A DNA stretch of 64,000 bases from Lawsonibacter sp. (GTDB lineage Bacteria > Bacillota > Clostridia > Oscillospirales > Oscillospiraceae), in NCBI GenBank assembly GCA_022791995.1, contig JAAWAD010000090.1, forward strand, positions 2,277-66,276, given 5' to 3'. This document shows, in pieces, positions 38,626 to 48,335 of the stretch. The position numbers and the translations under genes were made by a program. The number at the start of each line of letters is the position of its first letter. Within the stretch, counting starts at the first letter, position 1. The notes beneath the pieces were generated by a model that saw only the letters and a list, made by a program, of their open reading frames with translations, ran no database searches and was not told where the DNA came from.

Positions 38626-39283
38626 CCGGCTGCTGTTTACCAAGACGGGACGGGCCAAGTATATCTCCCATCTGGATCTGATGCGCACCTTTCAGCGGGC
38701 CTTTGCCCGGGCGGGCATCCCCATCAGGCATACAGAGGGCTTTCACCCCCACCCCTTCATCTCCATTGCCCTGCCCCTGTCGGTGGGCTTTTCCAGCCAG
38801 TGCGAGATTCTGGAGTTCGGCCTGCTGGAGGGAACGCCGGCGGAGGCGGTGCCCGAGCGCCTGACTGCCGCCATGCCCGAGGGAATTCTGGTCCATCGGT
38901 GCTGGCCGGCCCAGCGGAAGCTGAAGGAGCTGGCCTTTGTCAACTATATTCTCAACTTTGAGTACCCCGAGGGCCGCCCCCAGGAGACCGAGTCCGCCCT
39001 GCGGGAGCTGCTGGGCCGGGAGAGCCTGGTGGTGCAGAAGAAGTCCAACAAGGCAAAAAAAGGGTACACTGAGGTGGATTTGATTCCCCTGGTCCACGGC
39101 TGGAGCCTGGAGTGCAACCGGGACTCCATGACGATGGACGCTGTCCTCGCCGCCCAGAACCCCGGCCTGAACCCGGAGCTGCTCCGGGCCGCTTTCTGCG
39201 ATGCTTACCCCCAGTATACCCCTGAGTTTGTTACCTTCCACCGCCGGGAGGTGCTGGACGGGGAGGGGAGACCCTTCCGGTGA
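38618..39283 (+). CDS. TIGR03936-family radical SAM-associated protein (DUF2344)
   Basis: KYISHLDLMR.FQRA and GFHPHP motifs; GTG start after AGGAGG. Confidence 0.9.
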   Translation: MADRLLFTKTGRAKYISHLDLMRTFQRAFARAGIPIRHTEGFHPHPFISIALPLSVGFSSQCEILEFGLLEGTPAEAVPERLTAAMPEGILVHRCWPAQRKLKELAFVNYILNFEYPEGRPQETESALRELLGRESLVVQKKSNKAKKGYTEVDLIPLVHGWSLECNRDSMTMDAVLAAQNPGLNPELLRAAFCDAYPQYTPEFVTFHRREVLDGEGRPFR

Positions 39284-39304
39284 GGTTTTCTCATGCCGGA
39301 GAGA

Positions 39305-39328
39305 CGGGCGGCCACAGGCCGCCCCTAC
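39305..39328 (-). repeat. GTAG-type REP-like palindrome
   Basis: Minus strand GTAG-GGGCGGCC-TGT-GGCCGCCC, intergenic. Confidence 0.65.
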
Positions 39329-39350
39329 ACATGGACTGAAAAAGGAGAAC

Positions 39351-39557
39351 ATGATGTACACCTATGAGTACGAGCGTATCCAGATGCACTACGGCTTTGG
39401 ATTTGCCGGGGCTGAGGTTGAAGTGACGGGGTACAGGGAAGTGATTGACCGCCGGGCTAAGGAGGGCTGGCGGTATGTAGGATACCTTCCCGCGGGACAG
39501 CTGCGGGGCTCCGGCTACATTTCCCAGATGGATCTGATTTTTGAGAAAGAGGTGTAA
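39351..39557 (+). CDS. Small DUF4177-like protein
   Basis: MYTYEYERI...YREVIDRRAKEGWRYVG...DLIFEK; RBS AAGGAG. Confidence 0.75.
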   Translation: MMYTYEYERIQMHYGFGFAGAEVEVTGYREVIDRRAKEGWRYVGYLPAGQLRGSGYISQMDLIFEKEV

Positions 39558-39560
39558 ACC

Positions 39561-39932
39561 ATGGAGAGACCCACCCGGCACAGCATGACCTGGACAGTAG
39601 ACGATACCATGACCGCCAAGCGCATCGGCACAGCGGGGGCGAAGATCCTCTCTACCCCCAACATGCTGGCCCTGATGGAGGCCTGCGCCCTGGAGCTGGC
39701 CCAGGCGTATCTGGACGAGGGGATGACCACCGTGGGGGCGGAGGCCCACATTCGCCATCTGGCTCCCACCCCGGTGGGGATGCAGGTGACAGCCACAGCC
39801 ACGCTGCGCTCTGTGGAGCGGCGGAAGCTGTGGTTTGACATCGAGGTCCACGATGAGACGGGGAAATGCGGCGAGGGCTCCCACCTGCGCATTATGGTGC
39901 CCCAAAAGGACCGGAGCGGGGTAAATGTATGA
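39561..39932 (+). CDS. Hotdog-fold thioesterase (FlK-like)
   Basis: LSTP.MLALME.C, TTVG, HLAPTPVG and G.G.H.R motifs. Confidence 0.88.
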   Translation: MERPTRHSMTWTVDDTMTAKRIGTAGAKILSTPNMLALMEACALELAQAYLDEGMTTVGAEAHIRHLAPTPVGMQVTATATLRSVERRKLWFDIEVHDETGKCGEGSHLRIMVPQKDRSGVNV

Positions 39933-40741
39933 AAAAGCTGTTTACCATGATCCGCCGGGGCAATCTGGAGGAGGTCGCCGCGATCCTGGACAAAAACCCG
40001 GACCTGATCGCCTGTCTGGCCAAGGCCCCGCCCAAGAAGGACGACGGCCAGTCCCCCCTGATGGTAGCAATCAAGAGCGACAACCTGGAGGTGGCCCACC
40101 TGCTGCTGGACCGGGGGGCGGACGTGAACTTTGCGGACGCCGTCAACCCCTACGGCATAAATTTCGGTGCCCCAATCTGGTATGACGCCATTTGTCAGTG
40201 CTTCATGCGGGCGAGGCACACCGTGGGCCCCGGGCCGGAGCGGTCCAAGGGGTACTTTCTGCTCCTACGCCGCCTGCTGGAGATGGGGATGGACCCCAAT
40301 CCAAAGACCTCCCACGGCCTCACCGCCTGGCAGCACGCTCTGGAGGAATATGACCAGTTTGCCCACAAGTCTTATCCCAGCTACTGTGTAGAAACGGCAA
40401 AAGAGGAGAACTGCCGGCTGCGGAAGATGCTGAAAGCCGTACTGGACGAGCTTCTCAAGCACGGGGCGGACATCCACGCTTTCAGACCGCCCAACGAGGA
40501 GGGCTTGTCCCAGGCGTCGGTAATCCTGCGCAACCTGGAGGAGGGCCGGGAGCTGCTGGACGGAATGTACGGCCTGGACCCGGATGCGGACATCTTTAAG
40601 CCTCACACGGTCATGCGCCGGGGGAAGGAAACGGTCGTCCAGCCCTACTACTCTGTGGAGGACTACCGCCAGATGTATGAGATCAAGTGGCGGGAGCTGG
40701 AGCCCGTTCTCCGGGCCTATTACGCCGGGACAGGGCAATAG
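39929..40741 (+). CDS. Ankyrin-repeat protein
   Basis: GQSPLMVAI...LLLDRGADVN, LLEMGMDPN and LLKHGAD; ATGA overlap with the thioesterase. Confidence 0.85.
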   Translation: MKKLFTMIRRGNLEEVAAILDKNPDLIACLAKAPPKKDDGQSPLMVAIKSDNLEVAHLLLDRGADVNFADAVNPYGINFGAPIWYDAICQCFMRARHTVGPGPERSKGYFLLLRRLLEMGMDPNPKTSHGLTAWQHALEEYDQFAHKSYPSYCVETAKEENCRLRKMLKAVLDELLKHGADIHAFRPPNEEGLSQASVILRNLEEGRELLDGMYGLDPDADIFKPHTVMRRGKETVVQPYYSVEDYRQMYEIKWRELEPVLRAYYAGTGQ

Positions 40742-40913
40742 GTCTGGGCCTGGCGGCAAAAAAAGACAGGAATTCTTCTCAGCAGGTCTTGCTTTATGGA
40801 AGAGAATATACTAAAATGGAGATAAGCGGCTCTGAGGGCAATGCTGTGCCCCCGGCAAATTTTTGACTGCAAATTTTTGCTCCCCCTGGGAGCGGCATGG
40901 AGGTCGATTGACT

Positions 40914-42890
40914 ATGAGAAAAGTAAACTTCACGGAGACTGTGCTGCGCGACGCCAACCAGTCGCTGATTGCCACACGTCTGCCCTACAGTAAATTCGAG
41001 CCCATCCTGGAGACCATGGATAAGGCCGGCTACTACTCCGCCGAGGTGTGGGGCGGGGCCACCTTCGACGTGTGCCTGCGCTACCTCCAGGAGGACCCCT
41101 GGGAGCGGCTGCGGAAAATCCGCAAGAAAATGCCCAACACCAAGCTCCAGATGCTCCTCCGGGGTCAGAACATCCTGGGCTATAAACACTACCCCGACGA
41201 TGTGGTCCGCAAGTTTGTCGAGCACTCCGTGAAGAACGGCATTGACATCATCCGTATTTTCGACGCCCTGAACGATGTGCGCAACCTGGAGGTTGCCATT
41301 GACGAGGCCGTAAAGCAGGGGGCTCACGCCTCCGGCACCATCTGCTTCACCACCAGCCCGGTCCACACCCTGGAGAAGAATGTCCAGATGGTGAAGGAGC
41401 TGAAGAAGATGGGCGTCAAGTCCATCTGTATCAAGGATATGGCCGGCATCATGGGCCCCAAGGAGTCCTATGATCTGGTGTCCGCCATCAAGGACGCCGT
41501 GCCGGAGCTGCCCGTGGTCATTCACACCCACTGCACCACCGGCCTTGCCTTCATGACCTGCCTGAAGGGCGTGGAGGCAGGCGCTGACGTCATTGACACC
41601 GCCATCTCTCCCATGTCCGGCGGCACTGCCCAGCCCGCCACAGAGACCCTGGCCTATGCCCTGCGCTCCCTGGGCTATCAGGTGGACCTGGACGACAAGG
41701 TGCTCATCCAGATGGCCGACTTCTTCAAGGGTGTGCGGGCTGACTTCATCAAGGACGGCACCTTGGACCCCATCTCCCTGACCACCGACACCCAGTGCCT
41801 GAACTACCAGATCCCCGGCGGAATGCTGTCCAACCTGATCTCCCAGCTGAAGATGATGAACGCCATCGATAAGCTGGACGAGGCCCTGGCCGAGACGCCC
41901 AAGGTCCGTGCTGACCTGGGGTATCCTCCCCTGGTCACCCCCACTAGCCAGATGGTAGGCTCTCAGGCTGTGCAGAACGTGCTGGCCGGCGAGAGGTACA
42001 AGGTGGTGGGCAAGGAGATCAAGGCCTACTGCCGGGGCGAGTATGGCCGCACCCCCGCCCCCATTGACCCCAAGATTCAAAAGAAGATTCTGGGCGATAC
42101 CCCGGTGGTCAAGGGCCGCTTTGCCGACTCGCTGGAGCCCGAGTTTGAGAAGACCAAGAAGGAACTGGGCGCCACGGCCAAGAGCGACGAGGACGTGCTG
42201 AGCTACATCGCTTTCCCCCAGGTGGCGATGGCCTTCTTCAAGGACCGGGAGGCCGGCTTCCCCAAGAAGGCGGACCCCGCCAAAAAGGCTGCCGCGCCTG
42301 CCGCCCCTAAGGCGGAGGATCTGCCCCCCATGCCCGCCTGGCAGGGCCATGTGTACTATGCCAACGTGCCCACTGCCACTGCCAACGGATACACCACCCG
42401 CCCCATTCAGCCCTTCGCTGCCTCCTATCAGCCTCCCCATCTGATGATGGGCAACTCCGGCGGCAGCTGTGTGGGCTCCTACACCGTGGTGGTGGACGGC
42501 AAGGCCTATCAGGTGGATGTGGCCTTTGGTGACGCACCGGCTGCCCCCACAGCAGCTGCCCCCGCCCCTGTGGCGGCTCCCGCTGCTGCCCCGGCGCCTG
42601 CGCCCGCTCCAGCCCCAGCGCCTGCCGCGGCCCCGGCTCCCGCACCTGCCACCGCTCCTGCTGCTGTCTCCGCCGGCGAGACCCCCGTGAACAGTCCCAT
42701 GCCGGGCAATGTGTTCAAGGTGGAGTGCAAGGTGGGCCAGCAGGTGAATGCAGGCGACGTGCTGGTGGTGCTGGAGGCCATGAAGATGGAAATCGAGGTC
42801 TCGGCCCCGGTGTCCGGCACCGTTAAGTCTGTGGCCGCCGCTGTGGGCAGCACCGTCAACACGGACGACCTGCTGGTGGTCCTGGGCTGA
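40914..42890 (+). CDS. Pyruvate carboxylase subunit B / oxaloacetate decarboxylase alpha-like protein with biotin carrier
   Basis: LRDANQSL.ATR, WGGATFD, EDPWERL, IKDMAG, HTH and LVTPTSQ motifs; Ala/Pro linker; EAMKM biotin site. Confidence 0.93.
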   Translation: MRKVNFTETVLRDANQSLIATRLPYSKFEPILETMDKAGYYSAEVWGGATFDVCLRYLQEDPWERLRKIRKKMPNTKLQMLLRGQNILGYKHYPDDVVRKFVEHSVKNGIDIIRIFDALNDVRNLEVAIDEAVKQGAHASGTICFTTSPVHTLEKNVQMVKELKKMGVKSICIKDMAGIMGPKESYDLVSAIKDAVPELPVVIHTHCTTGLAFMTCLKGVEAGADVIDTAISPMSGGTAQPATETLAYALRSLGYQVDLDDKVLIQMADFFKGVRADFIKDGTLDPISLTTDTQCLNYQIPGGMLSNLISQLKMMNAIDKLDEALAETPKVRADLGYPPLVTPTSQMVGSQAVQNVLAGERYKVVGKEIKAYCRGEYGRTPAPIDPKIQKKILGDTPVVKGRFADSLEPEFEKTKKELGATAKSDEDVLSYIAFPQVAMAFFKDREAGFPKKADPAKKAAAPAAPKAEDLPPMPAWQGHVYYANVPTATANGYTTRPIQPFAASYQPPHLMMGNSGGSCVGSYTVVVDGKAYQVDVAFGDAPAAPTAAAPAPVAAPAAAPAPAPAPAPAPAAAPAPAPATAPAAVSAGETPVNSPMPGNVFKVECKVGQQVNAGDVLVVLEAMKMEIEVSAPVSGTVKSVAAAVGSTVNTDDLLVVLG

Positions 42891-42914
42891 TCCTTTGAAA
42901 ACTCCGCAGCTTAA

Positions 42915-42948
42915 GGAGGCCGCGCTTGCCGCGGCCTCCGGTTTTTTC
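42915..42948 (+). terminator. Intrinsic terminator
   Basis: Stem GGAGGCCGCG/CGCGGCCTCC then GGTTTTTT. Confidence 0.8.
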
Positions 42949-43025
42949 TGTCTGGATGGGGGGATAACCAGGAAGCGGCCCCCATGCTTTGAGGAAAATG
43001 GAATGGATTCTACCCCAGTTTGGAC

Positions 43026-43054
43026 TTGCAAATTCACAGCGGAAATGGTACACT
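43026..43054 (+). promoter_or_regulatory. Putative SigA promoter
   Basis: TTGCAA-N17-TACACT with extended -10 TG. Confidence 0.55.
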
Positions 43055-43147
43055 ACAGATATTCCGCAGACAGAGCCGCCTCGAGGGGGCGGATACCAAG
43101 AGAAGTTGTGCTGCGTATGAGAGACCTGATACGTTGTGAGGGCTGAT

Positions 43148-44005
43148 ATGAAAGGAATTGTTCTGGCGGCGGGCAAGGGAACCCGCCTGTACCCTATGAC
43201 CAAGCCGGTGTGCAAGCCTCTGCTGCCCATCTATGATAAGCCGCTGATCTACTACCCGCTGGCTGTTTTGATGCAGGCAGGTATTTCGGAAATTCTGGTC
43301 ATCGTCCCCCCGGGGGAGACCGCTACCTTCGCCGCCCTGCTGGGAGACGGGGGGCAGTACGGCCTGCGTATCTCCTATGCCGAGCAGCTGGTGCCCCGGG
43401 GCATCGCCGACGCGCTTCTCATCGGACAGGAGTTTGTGGGAAACGACCGGGTTTGTCTGGTGCTAGGGGACAACATTTTTTACGCCCCCACATTGGCGGC
43501 CACGCTGAAGCGCGCAGCGGCCAATGAGAGAGGAGCGACCGTATTCGGCTACTGGGTGGAGGACCCCCGCCCCTTCGGCGTGGTGGAGTTTGATAAGGAT
43601 GGACGGGCCATCTCCATTGAGGAGAAGCCCCGCTATCCCAAGTCCAACTATATCATCCCTGGCCTGTACTTCTATGACAGCCAGGTGATGGAGATTGCCC
43701 GGAGTCTAAAGCCCTCTGCCCGGGGGGAGCTGGAGATCACCGATGTGAATCTGGAGTATCTACGTTGGGGCCAGCTCCAGGTGATCCCCCTGGAGAGGAA
43801 CTTCACCTGGCTGGACGCAGGCACCGCCGACAGCCTGTTGGGGGCGGGACAGACCATCCGGGATATCCAGGACTCCACCGGGCGCTATGTGGGCTGTCTG
43901 GAGGAGCTGGGCCTGTACGAGGGCTGGATCACCGAGGAGCAGGTCCACGCCATTGGCGAGGACCTGGGCATGACCCTGTATGGGAAGTATCTCCAGTGCC
44001 TGTGA
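43148..44005 (+). CDS. rfbA: Glucose-1-phosphate thymidylyltransferase
   Basis: KGIVLAAGKGTRLYP, LGDNIF, IEEKP, SARGELEITD and WLDAGT motifs. Confidence 0.92.
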   Translation: MKGIVLAAGKGTRLYPMTKPVCKPLLPIYDKPLIYYPLAVLMQAGISEILVIVPPGETATFAALLGDGGQYGLRISYAEQLVPRGIADALLIGQEFVGNDRVCLVLGDNIFYAPTLAATLKRAAANERGATVFGYWVEDPRPFGVVEFDKDGRAISIEEKPRYPKSNYIIPGLYFYDSQVMEIARSLKPSARGELEITDVNLEYLRWGQLQVIPLERNFTWLDAGTADSLLGAGQTIRDIQDSTGRYVGCLEELGLYEGWITEEQVHAIGEDLGMTLYGKYLQCL

Positions 44006-44018
44006 AAGGAGGCTCCAG

Positions 44019-45941
44019 TTGAAGTCCCTGCGCCGCGTGTTCGGTCTGACCATGGCCGCTCTGCTGTTTTTTATCCTGCTGTCCCAGGTGGGTGCGACAC
44101 CCCCCATGCAATCCTGGGAGGTTACGGTTTTATTTACCCACGACCTCCACTCCCAGTTTCTCCCCAAGGCGGAGGAGGGGGGCGAGTCCGGGGGATATGC
44201 CCGACTGAAGACCGCTCTGGACCGGGAGCGGGCTGAGCACCCCGAGGCGCTTACCGTGGATGCCGGAGATTTTTCTTCCAGTTCCCTGATGCGGACCCTG
44301 TACACTTCCCAGGCCGCTGAGCTGCGGACCATGGGAGCACTGGGGTACGATGCTGTGACAGCGGGCGACCGCGATTTTGCTTTAGGGGGAGAAGGCTTTG
44401 CCCAGATGCTGGAGGCCGCCGCCCGCAGCGGAGAGAGGCTGCCTGCTGTTGTGCTGTCCAACTACCGGCCCAGTCAGGACAACCCGGCCCGCCTGGATCT
44501 CCAGCGCGCCATGGCCGCTGGCGGGCTTCAGGACTATATCTTGGTGGAGCGGGGCGGGCTTAGAATCGGAATTTTCGGGCTGATGGGCCAGGATGCCGCT
44601 GCCTGTGCCTCTGTCTCCGGCTTTGCCCTGGGAGAGCCGGCCTTTTATGCCCAGCGATGTGTGGATGCCCTGCGGGAGCAGGGAGCCCAGTTCATCATCT
44701 GTCTGTCCCATGGGGGAACCAGCGAGAGGAAAAAGAGCTCCGAGGACCAGCAGCTGGCGAAGTCGGTGGAGGGCATCGACCTGATTGTTTCAGGTCACAC
44801 CTGCACCAAGCTGGAGGAGCCCATTGTGGAGGGGGATACCTACATCGTCTCCGCCGGAGCGGACGGCGAGGCCCTGGGCTCCATTACCCTGTTTATAGGG
44901 GAGGACGGCAGCCTGTATCTGAAGGACTACCGCTTGATTTCCATTGACGGGACGCTACCTCAGGACCCGTCTATGGCCGCTCTGGTGGAAAACTGGAAGG
45001 AACAGGTGGAGACAAGCTACCTGTCCCGGTACAGTCTGCGCTATGACCAGGTGCTCACCCACAGCCCCGCCTCCTTGCCGCGCCCGGAGGGAAGCTGGGA
45101 GAGTGCCCTGGGAGAGCTGGCCGCCGATGCCTGTCTGTGGGCGACGGAAGCCCTGACGGGGGAGAGACGCGGCGCCCCCACTGTGGCGGTGCTTGCCGCC
45201 GGTGCGCTGGGGGCTGGTTTGCCCGCCGGGGACCTCACCGTTGCCCAGGTCTTTGATGTCCTCCCACCAGAGCTGGGAGGAGACGGCGCTTCAAACGGTT
45301 CCCTGGTGTCTTTCTACCTCACCGGGGCCGAGCTGCGGGATGCTATGGAGGCGGATGCCTCTGCCGCGTCTCGAATTCCCGGTGGGCAGCTGTTCTTTTC
45401 CGGGCTAAGCTGTACCTTCAATACCCACAGAATACCCTTTTGCCGGGTGCTGAGGGGAAGCCTTCAGGAGCCCCGCTACCGGGTGGGGCCGGACAAGCAG
45501 CTCTTTACCCAGATTGACGACGGGCAGCTCTACCGGGTAGTGGCCAATCGGTACACGGTTCAGATGCTGGAGCGGATGGAGGAGTACTCCTTTGGTCTGC
45601 TGAAGCTGGAGCCCAAGGACGAGGAAGGGGAGGTTCTCTCCGAGCTGTCTCAGCGCACGTTGACGAATCAGTACAGTGATCCGATTGAGGCGTGGTACGC
45701 CCTGGCCGCCTACCTGTCCACCTTTGAAGAGGAAATCCCGGCGTCCTACTGTCAGCCGGATGGCCGCAAGACGGTCAGCAACAGTTGGAGCCCCCTTCAG
45801 CTGCTGCGTGTGACCAATGGAGTTTCGATAGCTGCGCTGGCTGGACTGGCAGTTTTGACTGCTCTGGTGGCCCTGGCGTTCCGGCTGCTGCTCCGGGCCC
45901 GCCGCCGCCGGCGCTATGGCGGAGGTCTCCGCCGCCGGTGA
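44019..45941 (+). CDS. Membrane-anchored 5'-nucleotidase/metallophosphoesterase-family protein with degenerate active site
   Basis: Signal peptide; THDLH and DAGD intact, GDRDF in place of GNHEF, GHTC in place of GHxH; C-terminal TM plus Arg tail; TTG start after AAGGAGG. Confidence 0.8.
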   Translation: MKSLRRVFGLTMAALLFFILLSQVGATPPMQSWEVTVLFTHDLHSQFLPKAEEGGESGGYARLKTALDRERAEHPEALTVDAGDFSSSSLMRTLYTSQAAELRTMGALGYDAVTAGDRDFALGGEGFAQMLEAAARSGERLPAVVLSNYRPSQDNPARLDLQRAMAAGGLQDYILVERGGLRIGIFGLMGQDAAACASVSGFALGEPAFYAQRCVDALREQGAQFIICLSHGGTSERKKSSEDQQLAKSVEGIDLIVSGHTCTKLEEPIVEGDTYIVSAGADGEALGSITLFIGEDGSLYLKDYRLISIDGTLPQDPSMAALVENWKEQVETSYLSRYSLRYDQVLTHSPASLPRPEGSWESALGELAADACLWATEALTGERRGAPTVAVLAAGALGAGLPAGDLTVAQVFDVLPPELGGDGASNGSLVSFYLTGAELRDAMEADASAASRIPGGQLFFSGLSCTFNTHRIPFCRVLRGSLQEPRYRVGPDKQLFTQIDDGQLYRVVANRYTVQMLERMEEYSFGLLKLEPKDEEGEVLSELSQRTLTNQYSDPIEAWYALAAYLSTFEEEIPASYCQPDGRKTVSNSWSPLQLLRVTNGVSIAALAGLAVLTALVALAFRLLLRARRRRRYGGGLRRR

Positions 45942-46048
45942 ATACATGATCTGCACGGACCGTCCGTGTTGATGATATTTGGATTGGAAAAGGAATGCCG
46001 GAGGGAGCTCCGGTGAAAATGTACGCTGAAGTAGGAGGAGAAGCATCA

Positions 46049-46897
46049 GTGAAGAAGTATGAAATCGTCAAAAAAAAGACGCTGACGCCAGAGATCAGCC
46101 AGATCTCGGTGAACGCGCCGCTGGTAGCCGCAAAAGCCAAAGCGGGCCAGTTCATCATCCTGCGTGTGGATGAGGAGGGGGAGCGGATCCCTCTGACCAT
46201 CTCCAGCGCAGAGAATGGTCTGGTCACCGTGATTTACCAGAAGATTGGCGGCACCACCCTGGCCCTGGATCAGCTGAACGAGGGGGACTGCCTCCAGGAC
46301 TTTGTGGGCCCCTTGGGCCTGCCCACCCATGTGGAGGGACTGGGCCGGGTGGCCGTTCTGGGCGGCGGCTTAGGCTGTGCGATTGCCCTGCCTGTGGCCC
46401 GCGCTCTGCATCAGGCGGGCAACCAGGTGGACCTGATTGGCGGCTTCAAGACAAAGGATATCGTCATCCTGGAGGAGGAGATGGGCCAGGCCTGCACCGA
46501 CCTGCACATCTGCACCGACGACGGTACCTATGGCTACCACGGCTTTGTTACCGGCAAGCTGGAGGAGCTTATCAACAGCGGCGTCAAGTTTGACCACGTC
46601 TTTGCCATCGGCCCCCTGCTGATGATGAAGTTTGCCTGCAAGCTGACGGAGAAGTACAACATCCCCACCACCGTCAGCATGAACCCCATTATGATCGACG
46701 GGACCGGCATGTGCGGCTGCTGCCGCCTGACGGTGGACGGCGAGGTGAAGTTCGCCTGTGTGGACGGCCCCGATTTTGACGGCCACAAGGTGGACTTTGA
46801 TGAAGTGATTGCTCGGAACGCAACCTATAAGGAACAGGAAGCCAAGGCGAAAGAGAAGCACCTCTGCCGCCTGGGAGGAGGTGCCATGAATGGCTAA
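46049..46897 (+). CDS. nfnA: Electron-bifurcating transhydrogenase small subunit (NfnA/SudB-like)
   Basis: GERIPLTI, GPLG, GGGLG, TDDG and DGTGMCG.CR...CVDGP [2Fe-2S] motifs. Confidence 0.85.
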   Translation: MKKYEIVKKKTLTPEISQISVNAPLVAAKAKAGQFIILRVDEEGERIPLTISSAENGLVTVIYQKIGGTTLALDQLNEGDCLQDFVGPLGLPTHVEGLGRVAVLGGGLGCAIALPVARALHQAGNQVDLIGGFKTKDIVILEEEMGQACTDLHICTDDGTYGYHGFVTGKLEELINSGVKFDHVFAIGPLLMMKFACKLTEKYNIPTTVSMNPIMIDGTGMCGCCRLTVDGEVKFACVDGPDFDGHKVDFDEVIARNATYKEQEAKAKEKHLCRLGGGAMNG

Positions 46898-48275
46898 CAT
46901 GCAGATGGAAAAGACCCCCATGCCTGAGCAGGAGGCCAATGTACGCAACGCCAATTTCAAGGAAGTGGCCCTGGGGTATACCCTGGAGCAGGCGCAGAAC
47001 GAGGCACAGCGGTGCCTGAACTGCAAGAACAAGCCCTGTGTCAGCGGCTGCCCTGTAGGCATTCCGATCCCTGAGTTTGTGGGTAAGGTGGCCGAGGGGG
47101 ACCTGGCTGCCGCCTATCAGCTTCTGTCCGATGCAAACGCCTTGCCCGCCATCTCTGGCCGGGTTTGCCCCCAGGAGACCCAGTGTGAGGGCAAGTGCGT
47201 CCGGGGTGTGAAGGGAGAACCGGTGTCCATTGGGCGTATTGAGCGCTTCGTGGCCGACTGGGCGGCGGAGAATGGCATTGCCAACGTGGCCACTGCCCCC
47301 AAGAACGGCCATAAGGTGGCGGTCATCGGCTCCGGCCCCGCCGGCCTGACCTGCGCCGGAGAGCTGGCCCGGATGGGCTACGCCGTCTCCGTTTTCGAGG
47401 CCTTCCACACCCCCGGCGGCGTGCTGAGCTACGGCATCCCCGAGTTCCGTCTTCCCAAGGCTATCGTCAAGCGTGAGGTTGCCAACCTGGAGAAGATGGG
47501 AGTGGACATTGAGCTGAACATGGTCATCGGCAAGGTGCTGACCATCACCGAGCTCTTTGAGCAGGGCTATGAGGCGGTCTTCATCGGCTCCGGCGCCGGT
47601 CTGCCCATGTTCATGAAGATCCCTGGCGAGTCTCTGGTGGGCGTGTACTCGGCCAACGAGTACCTCACCCGCATCAACCTGATGAAGGCCTACAAGGACG
47701 GCGCCCCCACCCCCATCCTCCACAACAAGAAGGTGGCCGTGGTGGGCGGCGGCAACGTGGCTATGGACGCCGCCCGGTGTGCTAAGCGCCTGGGGGCTGA
47801 TGTCCACATCGTCTACCGCCGGTCTGAGGCCGAGCTCCCCGCCCGTGCGGAGGAGGTCCACCACGCCAAGGAGGAGGGCATCGTCTTCGACCTGCTGACC
47901 AACCCCATCTCCATTGAGGGGGATGAGACCGGCCATGTCCAGTCCATCACCTGCGTGCGGATGGAGCTGGGCGAGCCCGATGCCTCCGGCCGCCGCCGCC
48001 CCGTGGTCATTGAGGGCAGCGAGTTCAAGATGGAAGTGGACGCGGTGGTCATGTCTCTGGGCACGCAGCCCAACCCCATGAGCTACGACGGCACCCCCGG
48101 TCTGGAGAAGACCCGGAAGGGCTGTGTCCAGGCCGACGATCACGGCTGTACCTCCTGCCCCAATATCTTTGCCGGCGGCGACGCCGCCACAGGAGCCGCC
48201 ACGGTCATCCTGGCGATGGGCGCGGGAAAATCTGCCGCCAAGTCCATCGACACATACATCAAGAGCAAGGGTTAA
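46890..48275 (+). CDS. nfnB: Electron-bifurcating transhydrogenase large subunit (NfnB/GltD-like)
   Basis: RCLNC...CVSGCP, GRVCPQETQCE, GSGPAG, YGIPEFRL and GGGNVAMD motifs; follows nfnA with no gltB adjacent. Confidence 0.85.
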   Translation: MANMQMEKTPMPEQEANVRNANFKEVALGYTLEQAQNEAQRCLNCKNKPCVSGCPVGIPIPEFVGKVAEGDLAAAYQLLSDANALPAISGRVCPQETQCEGKCVRGVKGEPVSIGRIERFVADWAAENGIANVATAPKNGHKVAVIGSGPAGLTCAGELARMGYAVSVFEAFHTPGGVLSYGIPEFRLPKAIVKREVANLEKMGVDIELNMVIGKVLTITELFEQGYEAVFIGSGAGLPMFMKIPGESLVGVYSANEYLTRINLMKAYKDGAPTPILHNKKVAVVGGGNVAMDAARCAKRLGADVHIVYRRSEAELPARAEEVHHAKEEGIVFDLLTNPISIEGDETGHVQSITCVRMELGEPDASGRRRPVVIEGSEFKMEVDAVVMSLGTQPNPMSYDGTPGLEKTRKGCVQADDHGCTSCPNIFAGGDAATGAATVILAMGAGKSAAKSIDTYIKSKG

Positions 48276-48335
48276 TTTGCATAGACCGCCCCCCATTGTG
48301 GGGGGCGGCCGTTTCTCATATGCAAGGAGGATGCG

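Noticed and set aside
42536-42672. GC-rich quasi-repeats
   Set aside because: Encode the ordinary Ala/Pro linker before the biotin domain; not CRISPR or a contingency locus.
46890-48275. Glutamate synthase small subunit annotation
   Set aside because: No gltB adjacent, and pairing with an NfnA-type gene favours NfnAB.
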